From assembly GCF_001194135.2 (NCBI RefSeq), contig NC_068992.1, positions 16,549,076 to 16,611,707 of the forward strand: a stretch of DNA of 62,632 nucleotides, written 5' to 3'. Numbering within the stretch: position 1 is the stretch's first letter; each line of letters begins with the position of its first letter. The DNA is from Octopus bimaculoides (lineage: Eukaryota). The translations under genes and the position numbers were made by a program. Shown here piece after piece: positions 1-12,376 of the stretch. The notes beneath the pieces are model-generated. The model made no database searches. It was not told the DNA's origin and saw only the letters and a program-made list of their open reading frames with translations.

Positions 1-97
<97 letters not shown>
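1..97. repeat. (TAC)n grading into (TAA)n microsatellite
   Basis: Directly visible trinucleotide runs. Confidence 0.97.
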
Positions 98-449
98 TAT
101 TATAGACATATGGTATGCCCAGCTGACAGCAAGGTATGCAATAACCAAGAAATATAAGTGGATGGATATGACAGGTTAGCGTGGGAGGTTAAGCTGTTGT
201 GGTCGATAAAAAGGTGGTAGTAATATCAATAATTGGCGGAGCACTGGAAGCAGTGAGTAAAAATCTTCAGAAGTACAGGGAACGAATAGGGGCTGCAATA
301 AGGTTGGAGCACTTGCAGAAAGCATCACTGCTTAGAACTGCTAAAATACTCCGGGTGGTGCTCCGAAAATAAGAGGTGTTACTTAAGTTCACTGGTAGTG
401 AACAGCTGGCATTCTAGTACATCTCCAGCGTTAGAAGCTGTGCAAAGAC
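98..449 (+). mobile_element. 5'-truncated 3' end of an R4/Dong-like non-LTR retrotransposon (restriction-like endonuclease C-terminus plus 3' UTR)
   Basis: 214-372 translates VVVISIIGGALEAVSKNLQKYRERIGAAIRLEHLQKASLLRTAKILRVVLRK*, matching the typical RLE-clade C-terminus (PIIIGALG...LQKAALLGTA.ILR). Frameshifted ID..CPAD remnant at about 101-130. A-rich/TAA tail follows. Confidence 0.85.
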
Positions 450-469
450 AATAAATAAACAAATAAATA

Positions 470-554
<85 letters not shown>

Positions 555-570
555 GTAATAATAATAATAA
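450..570. repeat. A-rich tail / (TAA)n
   Basis: Directly visible. Confidence 0.95.
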
Positions 571-952
571 CCAGTTGAGCATGTCCCTTGGTGGCTGATG
601 ATATATGCATCGCTGATCATGAGCAGAAGTAGTGGGGGAGCATCATAGCCATGTGTTGAGAGGAATTCTTTAAGGTTTGAATAATACACCTTTGGAAACA
701 TCCTTAAACAAATCTTATTCAGAGACCTTTTCAGCGGGATGGGCTACTCGACCTGAAGAAAATTCTAACTGGGCCCCCACCTGCGAGGTCATGCGCTGTT
801 TATCTTGATATGAGATCACCATGCCGCGCACATATGGTTGTGATGCATGTGCCTTGTGTAACCCTTATCAGACGGGTAGTCATGATGGGTATAATGGGCT
901 TCGTATATATTACCCCAGTGTCACTTTGATGACATGCACTGCTCTCTCACTC
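571..952 (+). mobile_element. Unclassified interspersed element flanked on both sides by (TAA)n
   Basis: About 380 bp of higher-GC, non-coding-looking sequence with sharp boundaries into TAA runs at both ends. Repeat status and orientation are inferred. Confidence 0.55.
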
Positions 953-1002
<50 letters not shown>

Positions 1003-1171
1003 TAATNNNNNNNNNNNNNNNNNNNNNNNNNNNNNNNNNNNNNNNNNNNNNNNNNNNNNNNNNNNNNNNNNNNNNNNNNNNNNNNNNNNNNNNNNNNNNN
1101 NNNNNNNNNNNNNNNNNNNNNNNNNNNNNNNNNNNNNNNNNNATTATTATTGTTATTATCATTATTAATAC

Positions 1172-1240
<69 letters not shown>
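953..1240. repeat. (TAA)n - N gap (1007-1142) - (ATT)n
   Basis: Directly visible. Confidence 0.95.
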
Positions 1241-1241
<1 letters not shown>

Positions 1242-1243
1242 TA

Positions 1244-1420
1244 AGGCCGCGATGTGGCAGAATCGTTAGCACGCCGGACGAAAGGCTTAGCGGTATTTCA
1301 TCAGCGCTACATCGAATTTCAAATTCCGCCGAAGTCGACTTTGTATTTCATCCTTTCGGGATCGATATATTAGCTACCAGTATACTTATCCCCTCCCACA
1401 AAATTTCAGGTCTGGAGCCA
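1244..1420 (+). mobile_element. tRNA-derived SINE, family A (central domain resembling Meta/MESC type)
   Basis: A-box-like TGGCAGAATCG, B-box-like ..TTCAAATT, core GTCGACTTTG..TTTCATCCTTTCGGG.TCGAT shared with about 12 other copies in the window. Confidence 0.85.
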
Positions 1421-2044
1421 CAGCATGATCATTAATAACGGCGTTGCGACCATCATCAAGGTGGTGGTGGTGTTAGTAGCATTATATTCATGGAAATTTA
1501 TTGAATAATGAAATGATTATGTGACAGCTAATGAATGGCTGAATGATGCGAAACTATTTATAGAACGTTATAACAGCTTGAAATCAGAATAGAATGTCTG
1601 GTCTTCAATGCTGTGAAGAAGAAGAATGCACATTTATCGATCAAGCAATAGGAAGACATGTGATTAAGCTCCATGAAGGTCATGGAGTAAAAAAAAATGA
1701 GCGACGAACAATCATTTGATTTTTTGGTATTTAAATAAACGAATCGAATAAGATATATGGAAATCAATTTGTCTGATATGTCGATATCTTGCTCTCACAT
1801 GGGATATTTATTTATTTCTTGTGCTCGTAAAAATTGCGTCACTAAACTAGTCAAAAGTGCAGGTCTTTGATCCGTTAATAAAGCCAATCTTTAGCAATTA
1901 CAAACCCTCCTTGACGCAGATAGATTGCGACTATTGATATCGATATAATGGACTACCCCTCTACCCCCAATATGTCATGTTCTGTGCCTATAGCAGAAAT
2001 AATTGTAACTAAACATAAAGAATAATAAATATTAACATTTCGTG

Positions 2045-2220
2045 TAGGGGGTAAGTCGATTACATCGATCCCATTGATCATCTGCTACTTACTTTATCCA
2101 CTCCGAAGGGATTAAAGGCCAAAACTACTTCAGCGGAATTTGAACTCAGCATGTAGAGACGAACGAAATGCCGCAACAGATTATGCCCGACGTGCTAACG
2201 TTTGTGTCAGTTGACCTCCT
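2045..2220 (-). mobile_element. SINE family A, diverged
   Basis: Reverse complement of the family A head and core (GGAATTTGAACTCAG; GTCGATTACATCGA). Confidence 0.8.
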
Positions 2221-2845
2221 AATGTATTGTTCACTGTTTTTTACTAGCTCTGAGAATGTCGTATTGATAATATTTATGATAAGACCGTTAAAGTGTGAAT
2301 AGTGATAGAGACGGGTGCCTGGCAGTATTTGGTTTTGTCGCCGGATATTTACATTGCATATTTCATTATTTCACGACAGATAGAATCAGTAGAAATTGGT
2401 CAAATGTGAAGTTACATAAAATCTACTATAAATCTTCTCTTGGACATTTTGACGATGCTAAAGCTTTAGAAATAAGTTATATTTTAGAAGATTGTTAATT
2501 TTGTTCATATGCAATTTTAGTTATGAATATAAACAGAGAAGTTTGTAAACGAATGATTGTGTATGGCAGTAAGCGCTGTGGAGTATGGTATGTCATAATC
2601 AATAGTCTCTACGGATGTGAATTGCTACTACATAATGGATATGTGAATAACAATCACAAAGATGGCACTTGTTCTTTCCCTAAATTTAGTGATAGAAATG
2701 CTACACTCAAGTGTTTCAATATATACAGTTCTGAGACTTACGCAGAAGAAAAAAGGGATATATCACTGAACTTTTCTAGGGTCTCGAGAAATCCAGAGGG
2801 AGTGAGAATTCTGGAGCGTTGATTTGTCTATGTATACTTACAAGT

Positions 2846-3060
2846 AAAGGCGGAGAGTTGACAGAATCTTTACAGCGCCGGTAAAAATGCTCAGCCGCAT
2901 TTCTACCGACATTACGTTCTGAGCTCAAATGCCGCAGGTTTCCACTTTGCCATTCATTCTTTCGGGGTCGATAAAAGATGTACCAGTTATGCATTGGGGT
3001 AGATGGAGTCGACTTTCATCCTCTACGGAAATCGCTGTTTCGTTCTAAAATTTGAAACCA
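2846..3060 (+). mobile_element. SINE family A, diverged
   Basis: GGCGGAGAGTTGACAGAATC head, CGTTCTGAGCTCAAAT, TTTCGGGGTCGATAAAA..TACCAGT core. Confidence 0.8.
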
Positions 3061-4677
3061 ATATACTTAGGAATGTGTGAATTGTAGTAACAATGGGGTA
3101 AGAGATACTTGATGATATTTAAAACAGACCTCCAAATTCCACATGTAAGGCAATGAATGGGACTGCCTTCCGCTTGGGTCCCGTCTTGACAATTTCTCTA
3201 AAACTCTAACGTCCATTCGAACCTATGATAGATAGTTTTACCCAAGGGGCAGCGGATGGTGAACGAACACGCAGTCACTTTTCTACGAAACAAATGTCCT
3301 CATAGATATACAACTCTGTCTTCAACCACGCTATATAATATGAATGGCGTTAATTTCAGTGATTTAAAAAAGAGGAATATAGCATTATAGTGTTGTTTAA
3401 CAGAGACATTCAATAGTTACTGTTATAACAGGATTTACCGTTATCATGTTTAAATGTTATATCGTAGCCTTCCTAGTTTTGTTTGTTCTTTCATGACTTT
3501 AATATTCTTTATATAACATTTAATGGTTGATTTGGAATTGAAGATTATTGGTATTATGTACGATCGCCTACATTTATTTTTGTCTTTAAATACTGAAATG
3601 TCCTTTCATAGTTTATTCTGAGTTTGTATAAAGTCAAAAATTAACGCTATGTTGTCATGTCTTATTTCTTTGATGTACCATTGTCAACGTTTAAGTAGCC
3701 AGCAGAAAAGCCACATAGCGTATAATTTGAAATAACGAATACGAGCTTTCTTTCTCTATTTATTCATCTCTCTCTTACAGCGGAACTAGCATTTCAGTAA
3801 AAAAAGTCAAGTGCTAACTTTAGTATATGATGCCATTCAATTTAGGTTTGTGTTTAATTCTCACCGATTTCGAAATTACTTTTTTCATGATTTTCGTGAA
3901 CTTTAATACATGTACCTGTATTACACCCACGTTTATTTTACAGATAATACTCAACCGCATTCATATATTATTAGTTTTGTGACAAATACTGAGAACACTT
4001 CAAATTACTGACGGAACATTGCTTCTGATCCTCCACGACTTCCATTTATATAAGATTCAGTGAAATATAAAATGTTAAAGCTTTAAAATAAATGGATTAA
4101 CTTAACTGCAGCAAATTGAGTCCACGCAACAATAACATGCGCTATGTGTAGCGGAGAGCGCTTACTCACACTCGAATGCATATAACTTCTAAAAAATCCT
4201 GAAGATTACAAAGGAACTACAGAATGCATCTTGCGAAAAGAAAATTGTGTGCGAGCTCACCCAAACATGGGTTTCTAAATAAAAACATTTCATTTGAATA
4301 CATGACCGCGTTGTTTTGAAGCATGAAACTTCAGCCACACAATTATACAGCGATTAATCAGTCCTCACACACAGACAGACTTACAGGTATATATAAACTA
4401 TTTATAAATGTACTTTATGTATGCATATGTGTGCATGCGGAGGTATATGTATAACGCCTGCCGGATATATATGAATATCGTCTGTATTCTTTAGTACATT
4501 TTTTGTCAGATAACCATTTTCAAATAATGCTCTGTATATATTTGGTTGGACTTTTGTCTGGATGCTGTGCTATGCCAGATTATAAATTTGAAAGAGTTGT
4601 CATTCAACCATTTCTTCGTCAATTTGACACACACACACACACACACATACACACACACACACACAGACACAGACACG

Positions 4678-4716
<39 letters not shown>

Positions 4717-5585
4717 ACACATATACCTACGCACATATATATATTTTCAGGAATGCATATATGTATGTATAAAAGTTTATGTATGTACGTTATGTATGTT
4801 ATGTATGTATAACCTATATTAGTCTATTAGAGCCATGACACCTGATATAGTCTATAGTATGGAATATACAGGATTAAGGAAGACAGGGTTAATAGATGAT
4901 ATATGCCACGGCAACTCTTTAAAACAAGAATAATCTAATAGGAGATCGGTAACCAAAGCCATAATATTACATTAAATCACATTAACGATTAGGAAATAAT
5001 GTTCCTCAGAGGCCTTGTGTACCGAAAGACATTTCGAAGAACGAAATATATACAAGCTTTCATTTCATAATTAATTTCTCCCATCCTCTCTGCCTTTTGA
5101 TATTTAGCTGAATGCTTGAGGCTCATACTACCTAATTATATGATAAGAATATATTCATAGTAATAATATTTATCGAACATGGCGAAATAATTATTATGGA
5201 GGATAGCTGCCACATTTTATGATATAGTCCGAAAATTTGGTTTCTGTTTATAATACATCTTGAACTTATTGTCTGGTACTATGTGAGACTATTTAGTGCA
5301 AGGAGAAGACACACTTGTGAAACGCAGTATAGATGTAATAATAATTCGTACAACAGTTCTCGTCATAACGATATTCTCATATATTACAAATAACACCATT
5401 TGTAGAACAGTGATCGTACGGACAATACTATGAGTGGAAGAGAGAACACAAACACACACATACAAAAATACGCGCCCACACACATGCATACACACACAAT
5501 TATATATACATATATATACAGCGAGTGAGAGAGAGTGCTAACTATGCAGATGAACAAACTAAATATAAAGTCTTGGATTTCATAC

Positions 5586-5639
<54 letters not shown>

Positions 5640-5952
5640 AACATATATATGTGTATGTATATATATACACATATACATCATATGTGTGTGTGTGTGTGTA
5701 TACATAACTGTAAAGAAAGCAAAGAGATTTCCAGACGATGAATATATAAGCATGAATATATAGACATTTATATATTAAGAGATCAAAATTGCCCAGAATA
5801 CAAACGACAGATGAAATTAAAGACAAGGAAGTAAGGTGTTGGAAGTCCAATGCCCTGGAATTGGTTTCTGGTAAAGACATCGCGGTCTCAGGTTGAATCT
5901 TCTGAGCGCTACAAAGTGCTTTATATACGAGAAGTTCTTGATCTTCTCTGTT

Positions 5953-6225
5953 GACAATTATTGGTACTACTACCACATTTTTCACAACTGCTTAACCTGC
6001 CAAGCTAACCTGTCATATCTACCGACTTTTCTTTCTTCCTTATCGCATACCTCGTTGTCAGCTGGGCATGTTATATCTATGATCCAGCATCGTTTGCATT
6101 CTTTCTCATTTATCACTATGTCCGATTTCCTATTTTGTATCTCATGGTCGCACAGAATCATAAAATCCCATAGGATCTTTGCATTATCACTTTCAACGAT
6201 GCCTTCGGGTTTATTCTCGTACCAC

Positions 6226-6227
<2 letters not shown>
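5953..6227 (-). mobile_element. R4/Dong-like RLE retrotransposon internal fragment, same family as 98-449
   Basis: Minus strand translates KWYENKPEGIVESDNAKILWDFMILCDHEIQNRKSDIVINEKECKRCWIIDITCPADNEVCDKEERKVGRYDRLAWQVKQL*, containing the RLE R-K-P-D..ID motif region. DNA nearly co-linear with 113-200 (TGCCCAGCTGACA..GATATGACAGGTTAGC..GGTTAAGC). Confidence 0.9.
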
Positions 6228-6295
<68 letters not shown>

Positions 6296-6316
6296 CATTA
6301 CTATTATTATATTATG
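6226..6316. repeat. (ATT)n abutting the 5' truncation of the R4-like fragment
   Basis: Directly visible. Confidence 0.95.
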
Positions 6317-8904
6317 ATTTAGGAGAAGGAGACTGCTCTCAAAATGTCGTTCTAGATGTACCAACCTCTGCACAAATATAGTAAGCTTCCAACATCAATT
6401 CTAACTGAGCAACCTGGTAAACCCTGGTAAACCTTACTAATTACCTATCTATAGGTAATTACAATCCAATATTAATTTGATAGCAAGTGTGCATAGTCTC
6501 ATAACTAGATACAACTGAAAGTACATTTTGGATATACTTAATGCTAAAGACTTCCAGCATCATTGTTTTAACTCTACTTCTACACGTTATCGGGCGGTCG
6601 ACCAAACGTCAAGAACAATATGCTGATGTGCATAGTGATTAAATAAATTATAATCAGGCGAAAGCACTTTAAACTGTTGGAGACTTTTCCTGTAAGGACT
6701 TAGATAACTGATATCAAAAGGTGATTGGCATTGTACGTTATTTATTCAACAAAATACATAGACATGTTTCTAAAGCAAATGTGACTCTACTTAGTGAATT
6801 TTAAATTAAATCACATTTGATACAGACTGAAACTTATCGAACCCAAACATTCATATTAGTTAATAGGATGTTCGTTACAAAAGAATATTCAATATTTGCA
6901 ACCTGTAGACAAATCCTTAGAATTATATGGAAACACTACATTCTTCAATTATCAGTCGGGATAACTTTATTCTTAATTTGGCATAAGTGCGTCTTTTATT
7001 TAGGGAATATATATGGATAAATAATTATTTCATATTCATGTAAGCCAAAATAATGAGTAATGGTGTGTGAGAAGAGATAGTGTATGTTTATATGTTTATA
7101 TATTTTCCGATCGAACTATAGTTTGAAATCTGATTTGTTCAAACGCCGAATGAAGACCAGATTACGAAACCGTTTGGAGAAGACGTTGCCATTAGCCTAC
7201 GATAATACATTTCTAAATCATTATTTTCTTTGAAGCACGCGCAAGGACATACCGTTATTTTGATTGGAGGAGAAATGAAGATCTGCTGTTCATATTTCCA
7301 GTAAAATTATTTCAAACCTAACGGAAATGAAATAGCTTCCACTAGGAATTGATCCCGGAAACTTACTATGTTTGTGCAGAGGTGGACACGATATTTTAAG
7401 AACGATATTTTAAGAGTAGTCTCCTTCTCCTAACTCCTAATATAATAATTCAAATACTTCCAATACGTTTCAGCTGATAAGTGATTTTAATATATTTATT
7501 CATTTCCTTAGTGTTATTAATAAAACTACTAGCATCAGTCAATTTTAGAATCCAAAGTTACATAATATTTCAGAAAATAAAGCTTTCTTGAATCAGTGAA
7601 GATAGTATGTATTAAGTATTTCCCCAATAATAGTAAATCAGGATAAATGGTCCGCATCATGAAGAATTTCCCTCGAGGCAGCACATGAATTTAAGCTGAC
7701 AAATATAATGTTTAGTGTATATCACCTTCAACTCCTCGCTTTAAAGACAGTAAATCTAAAGGATTTAATGTTCATTCGGAAATGCGTAGGAAAATAGAAT
7801 ATGAGAAAATAGAATTATCGATATGTTCACCAAGCAAGAAGGTAGATATTAAATATAATGGTGTAAAGTTTTACTTAATATTCTAAATTTAGAACGCTTT
7901 GCCATAATATTATGATAAGAATAGTGAAGTATTACGAAAATCCGCGAACTAACATCCAAATATCTGCCTCTTCCGCGGTTCAGTAAATGTACAAAGTAGC
8001 GTATGTTGAGTACTTCAGCTTCGACGTCCAGGTTTCTTCTGGTGGAAATATCTCGATTTCCTGTTGAATTAATGAATATTGCAGTTTATTTATATTATTT
8101 GAAATGGAATTCAGAAAGACATTTGCACACAACCACAAACACTTATATGGACACAACCATACATATACACACATCCATACGCCAACATACACACAGTTAC
8201 ACACAGATACACACTCATTCACATTTATAATATATGTCTCACTCAACAAAGACAATTCACTGTTCTATAGTTAAATACAACAGTATACACACAAAATATC
8301 TTTCTCCTAATCTGGTAGCATCTGATGTGAATCTTGATTGCTGTCTACTATGTGATCAGGGAAATGGCTAGTTTAAATCATTAGAGCATCGAATTAATTG
8401 CTTGGCAGAATTTCTTAGGATTCTGTGTTCAAATTCTTCCGAGGTCAACTTTTCTTGTCAACTTTCCAACGCGAATAATAATATACCAGTAACAAGTGTA
8501 ATAACAAGTGTCACTTCTGTATAGTAAAATTCCACCCATCCGCCATCAATTTCTAGCATTTTGTCAATGTTATGATATTTTATTCCCTTCCAGTTCAAAT
8601 CCCAGCTGAACTGAACTAAACGCTGCCTTCCATCACCACGGGATGAACGTTGCATGATAATAGCCTCGTATATGAATGTGTGACTATAGAAAAATTGCAT
8701 CAGTTTATCGCATTCATATCCCTAAAAAGACTTATAAATTAAACCCGAGAATTAATTTCTGCAAAAGTTACAAGCCGTTTAAATAATTTCGGTGCTTGAC
8801 CCTTGAAAGTTACTTAAATGAGGAGTGAAGGGGAAATTACGCATTTGCAGCATTCTCTCACACACACACAGAGAAACACACAAACACAAACATACACACG
8901 CATG

Positions 8905-8939
<35 letters not shown>

Positions 8940-11095
8940 NNNNNNNNNNNNNNNNNNNNNNNNNNNNNNNNNNNNNNNNNNNNNNNNNNNNNNNNNNNNN
9001 NNNNNNNNNNNNNNNNNNNNNNNNNNNNNNNNNNNNNNNNNNNNNNNNNNNNNNNNNNNNNNNNNNNNNNNNNNNNNNNNNNNNNNNNNNNNNNNNNNNN
9101 NNNNNNNNNNNNNNNNNNNNNNNNNNNNNNNNNNNNNNNNNNNNNNNNNNNNNNNNNNNNNNNNNNNNNNNNNNNNNNNNNNNNNNNNNNNNNNNNNNNN
9201 NNNNNNNNNNNNNNNNNNNNNNNNNNNNNNNNNNNNNNNNNNNNNNNNNNNNNNNNNNNNNNNNNNNNNNNNNNNNNNNNNNNNNNNNNNNNNNNNNNNN
9301 NNNNNNNNNNNNNNNNNNNNNNNNNNNNNNNNNNNNNNNNNNNNNNNNNNNNNNNNNNNNNNNNNNNNNNNNNNNNNNNNNNNNNNNNNNNNNNNNNNNN
9401 NNNNNNNNNNNNNNNNNNNNNNNNNNNNNNNNNNNNNNNNNNNNNNNNNNNNNNNNNNNNNNNNNNNNNNNNNNNNNNNNNNNNNNNNNNNNNNNNNNNN
9501 NNNNNNNNNNNNNNNNNNNNNNNNNNNNNNNNNNNNNNNNNNNNNNNNNNNNNNNNNNNNNNNNNNNNNNNNNNNNNNNNNNNNNNNNNNNNNNNNNNNN
9601 NNNNNNNNNNNNNNNNNNNNNNNNNNNNNNNNNNNNNNNNNNNNNNNNNNNNNNNNNNNNNNNNNNNNNNNNNNNNNNNNNNNNNNNNNNNNNNNNNNNN
9701 NNNNNNNNNNNNNNNNNNNNNNNNNNNNNNNNNNNNNNNNNNNNNNNNNNNNNNNNNNNNNNNCTGACCACTAGGTTAGGTACCCCCACAGAAAAGAGAT
9801 TTAGATATATAAATATATCCACATACACGTACACATACAAACACACATACATATATGTGCGTGTGTATGATTGTGAATGCGTGTGTGTGTCTGTGTACGT
9901 GTACATACAATCGCACACACACACATACACACACACACACACACGTATACACATACATACATACATACATACATACATACATACATACATACGTACGTAC
10001 ATATACACGTATTCACACATACACACACATAAAAGCAAAGCTACGTAATGGATTGTGATATTGAAATACGCAGATATGCTTCAACAAGACACAAGTTCGA
10101 TCTTTCCTAAATACATCAAGTGTGAGTATGTGTGTGTGTGTGCGCGTATATTTGTGCGTACGTTTACGAGTGTAGCTGTGTGCGAGAGTGTGTTTGTATA
10201 GGTCTGTGTGAATATAATTTAATCCATATCACATCATGTGAAGGACGTGTATACCGTGTTCTCTGCTTGAGTTACAAAATATTTGGCAGCTGTATTCTGG
10301 AGGTGAAGCTAACAGTTCACCTTTCACAATTGTATAAGACACCTACATGCATGCATTCATACATACATACATACATACATACATACCTAGTCCTCCAATC
10401 ATTATTGGTACGAATATGAATTCGTATTCCGGATATAGAAGCTGGAGGTTGCGAAGTAGTTGTCGATAGATATCCTTTTTTTCATTCATTTTCAAAGAGT
10501 TATGTATGTATGTATGAATGTATGTATGTATGTATGTATGTATGTATGTATGTATGTATGTATGTATGTATGTATGTTTGTTTGTATGTATGTTTGTTTG
10601 TATGTATGTATATATGTATGTATGTATTTATGTACGTTCGGGTCTGCCAAGGAGTAGACGCTTCAAAAATTAGTGTTTTTATCATCACACATTTGTCCAA
10701 ATAACTGTTAGCTAGAATGCGAAAACACGCTTGATACTTAAATTATCGATGTAAACAAACGTAGGATATTCTTCTCTTCAAATGCTTCAGATACGTAGTA
10801 TTTTTGTCGCAGCATATCATAAAACCTAATGCACGCACCACGCAGCGCCTTCTATAACATGCTGCTGCTATATGAAAGGGTTTCATATTGTTATCGTTCA
10901 CATTTGAAGTTTTTGTGATCTTTTGTAACGTATATATAAATATATAAGATTGCGTCATTCATTTACTGGCTTGTATCAAATTCCGCAAAACGTGATCAAG
11001 TTATATTTCTGTTTAAAAAAAATTCTATTCTGTTTTAAATCATGACTGCTGATTTACGACTTCTTGCTGTTTACATTGCTTTTGTATCGTATATA

Positions 11096-11155
11096 CAGGG
11101 GTTGGATAAAGTAATAGAAACACCTTGTTAAATGGAGGCTTTAATATTTAATACG
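11096..11155 (+). mobile_element. Possible Tc1-like terminal inverted repeat remnant
   Basis: TA followed by CAGGGGTTGGATAAAGTAATAGAAACACC, resembling Tc1/mariner termini. No partner end found. Confidence 0.35.
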
Positions 11156-11162
11156 TAGCAAA

Positions 11163-11360
11163 AGCGGTGTACTGCCACAATCGTTAGCATGCTGACCGAA
11201 ATGCTCAACAGTATTACGAACATCGTTACATTCTAAGTTCAAATTACGCCGAGGTCAACTTTGTCTTTCATCCATTCGAAGTCGATGAAATAAGAACCAG
11301 TTGAGAACTGGTGTTGATGTACCTCCAAAATTTCAAACCTTCTCTCTATAAGAGAAAGGT
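11163..11360 (+). mobile_element. SINE family A, diverged
   Basis: AGTTCAAATTACGCCGAGGTCAACTTTGTCTTTCATCC core. Confidence 0.8.
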
Positions 11361-11690
11361 TTATTTAAATTGGGGTTGGTCTGGATTTGGCAGTTAATAC
11401 GATGAGGAACTGACGAAAGATCCATGACTGTATACAAATATCCTTTCAATATAATTGATTTCCATAACGACCCTATGTTTAGATATATGATCCATTAGCG
11501 ACATAGATTTCTTGAATTGTTTATTTCAATACTGAAAAGCTATTATGTGGAGGGAAATCTTATGAATGAATTATATTTATTAAGATACGACTCATGCACC
11601 AGGGAGTAAACTGAGAGAAAGTTTGAAGTGAAAATGCAATATAAATGATAATGGGATTGTATTATATTTTTTATTGTTCCAGCGATGATA

Positions 11691-11905
11691 TATTGCTTTC
11701 AAATCTTGGTACAAGGCCAGCAGGATTGGGGGAAGGTTAAGTCGATTAATTCGACCCCAGATCTCAGCAAGTACTTATTTCAACCACTTCGAAGTAATAA
11801 AGGTGAAGTCGATTTCGGGGTAATTTGAGCGCAGAACTTAAGCACAGATGAAGTGCCCTAAGCATTTTGTTCGGCGTGGAAGCGATTCTGCCATACGACC
11901 TCCTT
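11691..11905 (-). mobile_element. SINE family A, diverged
   Basis: Reverse complement of tail (ACAAGGCCAGCAGGA), core and head (GATTCTGCCA). Confidence 0.75.
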
Positions 11906-11932
11906 CCAAGCGGCAATATATTACATTTAAAA

Positions 11933-12165
11933 AGGCCGAAAGCTGGCAGAAACGTAAGCACGCCCGGCGAAATGCTTAGCGGTATTTCGTCTGCCGCTAC
12001 GTTCTGAATTCAAATTTCGCCGAGGTCGACTTTACCTTTCATCCTTCCAGGGTCGATAAATTAAGTACCAGTTACGCACTGGCGTCGATGTAATCGACTT
12101 AATAACCTTTGTCTGTCCTTGTTTGTCTCCTCTATGTTTTAGCCCCTTGTGGGCAATAACTAAAT
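11933..12165 (+). mobile_element. SINE family A, full length, alternative 3' tail
   Basis: AGCTGGCAGAAACG A-box, GAATTCAAATT B-box, intact core, tail TTTGTCTGTCCTTGTTTGTCTCCTCTATGTTTAGCCCCTTGTGGGCAATAA. Confidence 0.9.
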
Positions 12166-12166
12166 A

Positions 12167-12376
12167 TGAAACGTAAGCACACCGGGAGAAATTCTTAGCG
12201 GTATTTCGTCTGTCTTTTACATTCTGAGTTCTAATTCCACTGAGGTCGACTTTGCCTTTCATCCTTTCGGGGTCGATAAATTAAATACCAGTTGTGTATT
12301 GGGGTCGATCTAATCGACTGGCCCCCTCCCCCAAAAGCATTTCCGGTCTTGTGGCTAGAGTAGAAAAGTGTATATT
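12167..12376 (+). mobile_element. SINE family A, slightly 5'-truncated, tandem to the previous copy
   Basis: Same head and core, tail GACTGGCCCCCTCCCC...CTTGTGGCTAGAGTAGAAAAG. Confidence 0.9.

Noticed and set aside
595-660. CTGATGA hammerhead-like core in the TAA-flanked element
   Set aside because: No stem II followed by GAAA and no stem I/III complementarity could be found.
953-1240. Inversion of TAA to ATT across the gap
   Set aside because: The orientation switch falls inside an N gap between simple repeats and may be a scaffolding artefact.
4503-4630. Signal-peptide-like MLCIYLVGLLSGCCA after a good acceptor at 4510
   Set aside because: No convincing donor before the frame runs into a CA repeat; hydrophobic peptides arise easily from T-rich DNA.
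5775-5890. Zinc-knuckle-tail-like peptide RDQNCPEYKRQM (LINE ORF1?)
   Set aside because: A single Cys with no upstream CCHC visible; too little evidence to classify.
8779-10048. Long ORFs spanning N runs (also 37457-38088, 39713-40837, 52897-53730 and others)
   Set aside because: They are open only because N codons cannot be stops; the flanks are TA/CA microsatellites.
10743-10958. Ankyrin-like peptide NVNDNNMKPFHIAAA on the minus strand
   Set aside because: Only a partial motif, the second helix does not fit, splice sites are weak and no neighbouring repeats are seen.
11933-12030. Functional tRNA genes
   Set aside because: A/B boxes belong to SINE heads, run into SINE cores and do not form cloverleaves.
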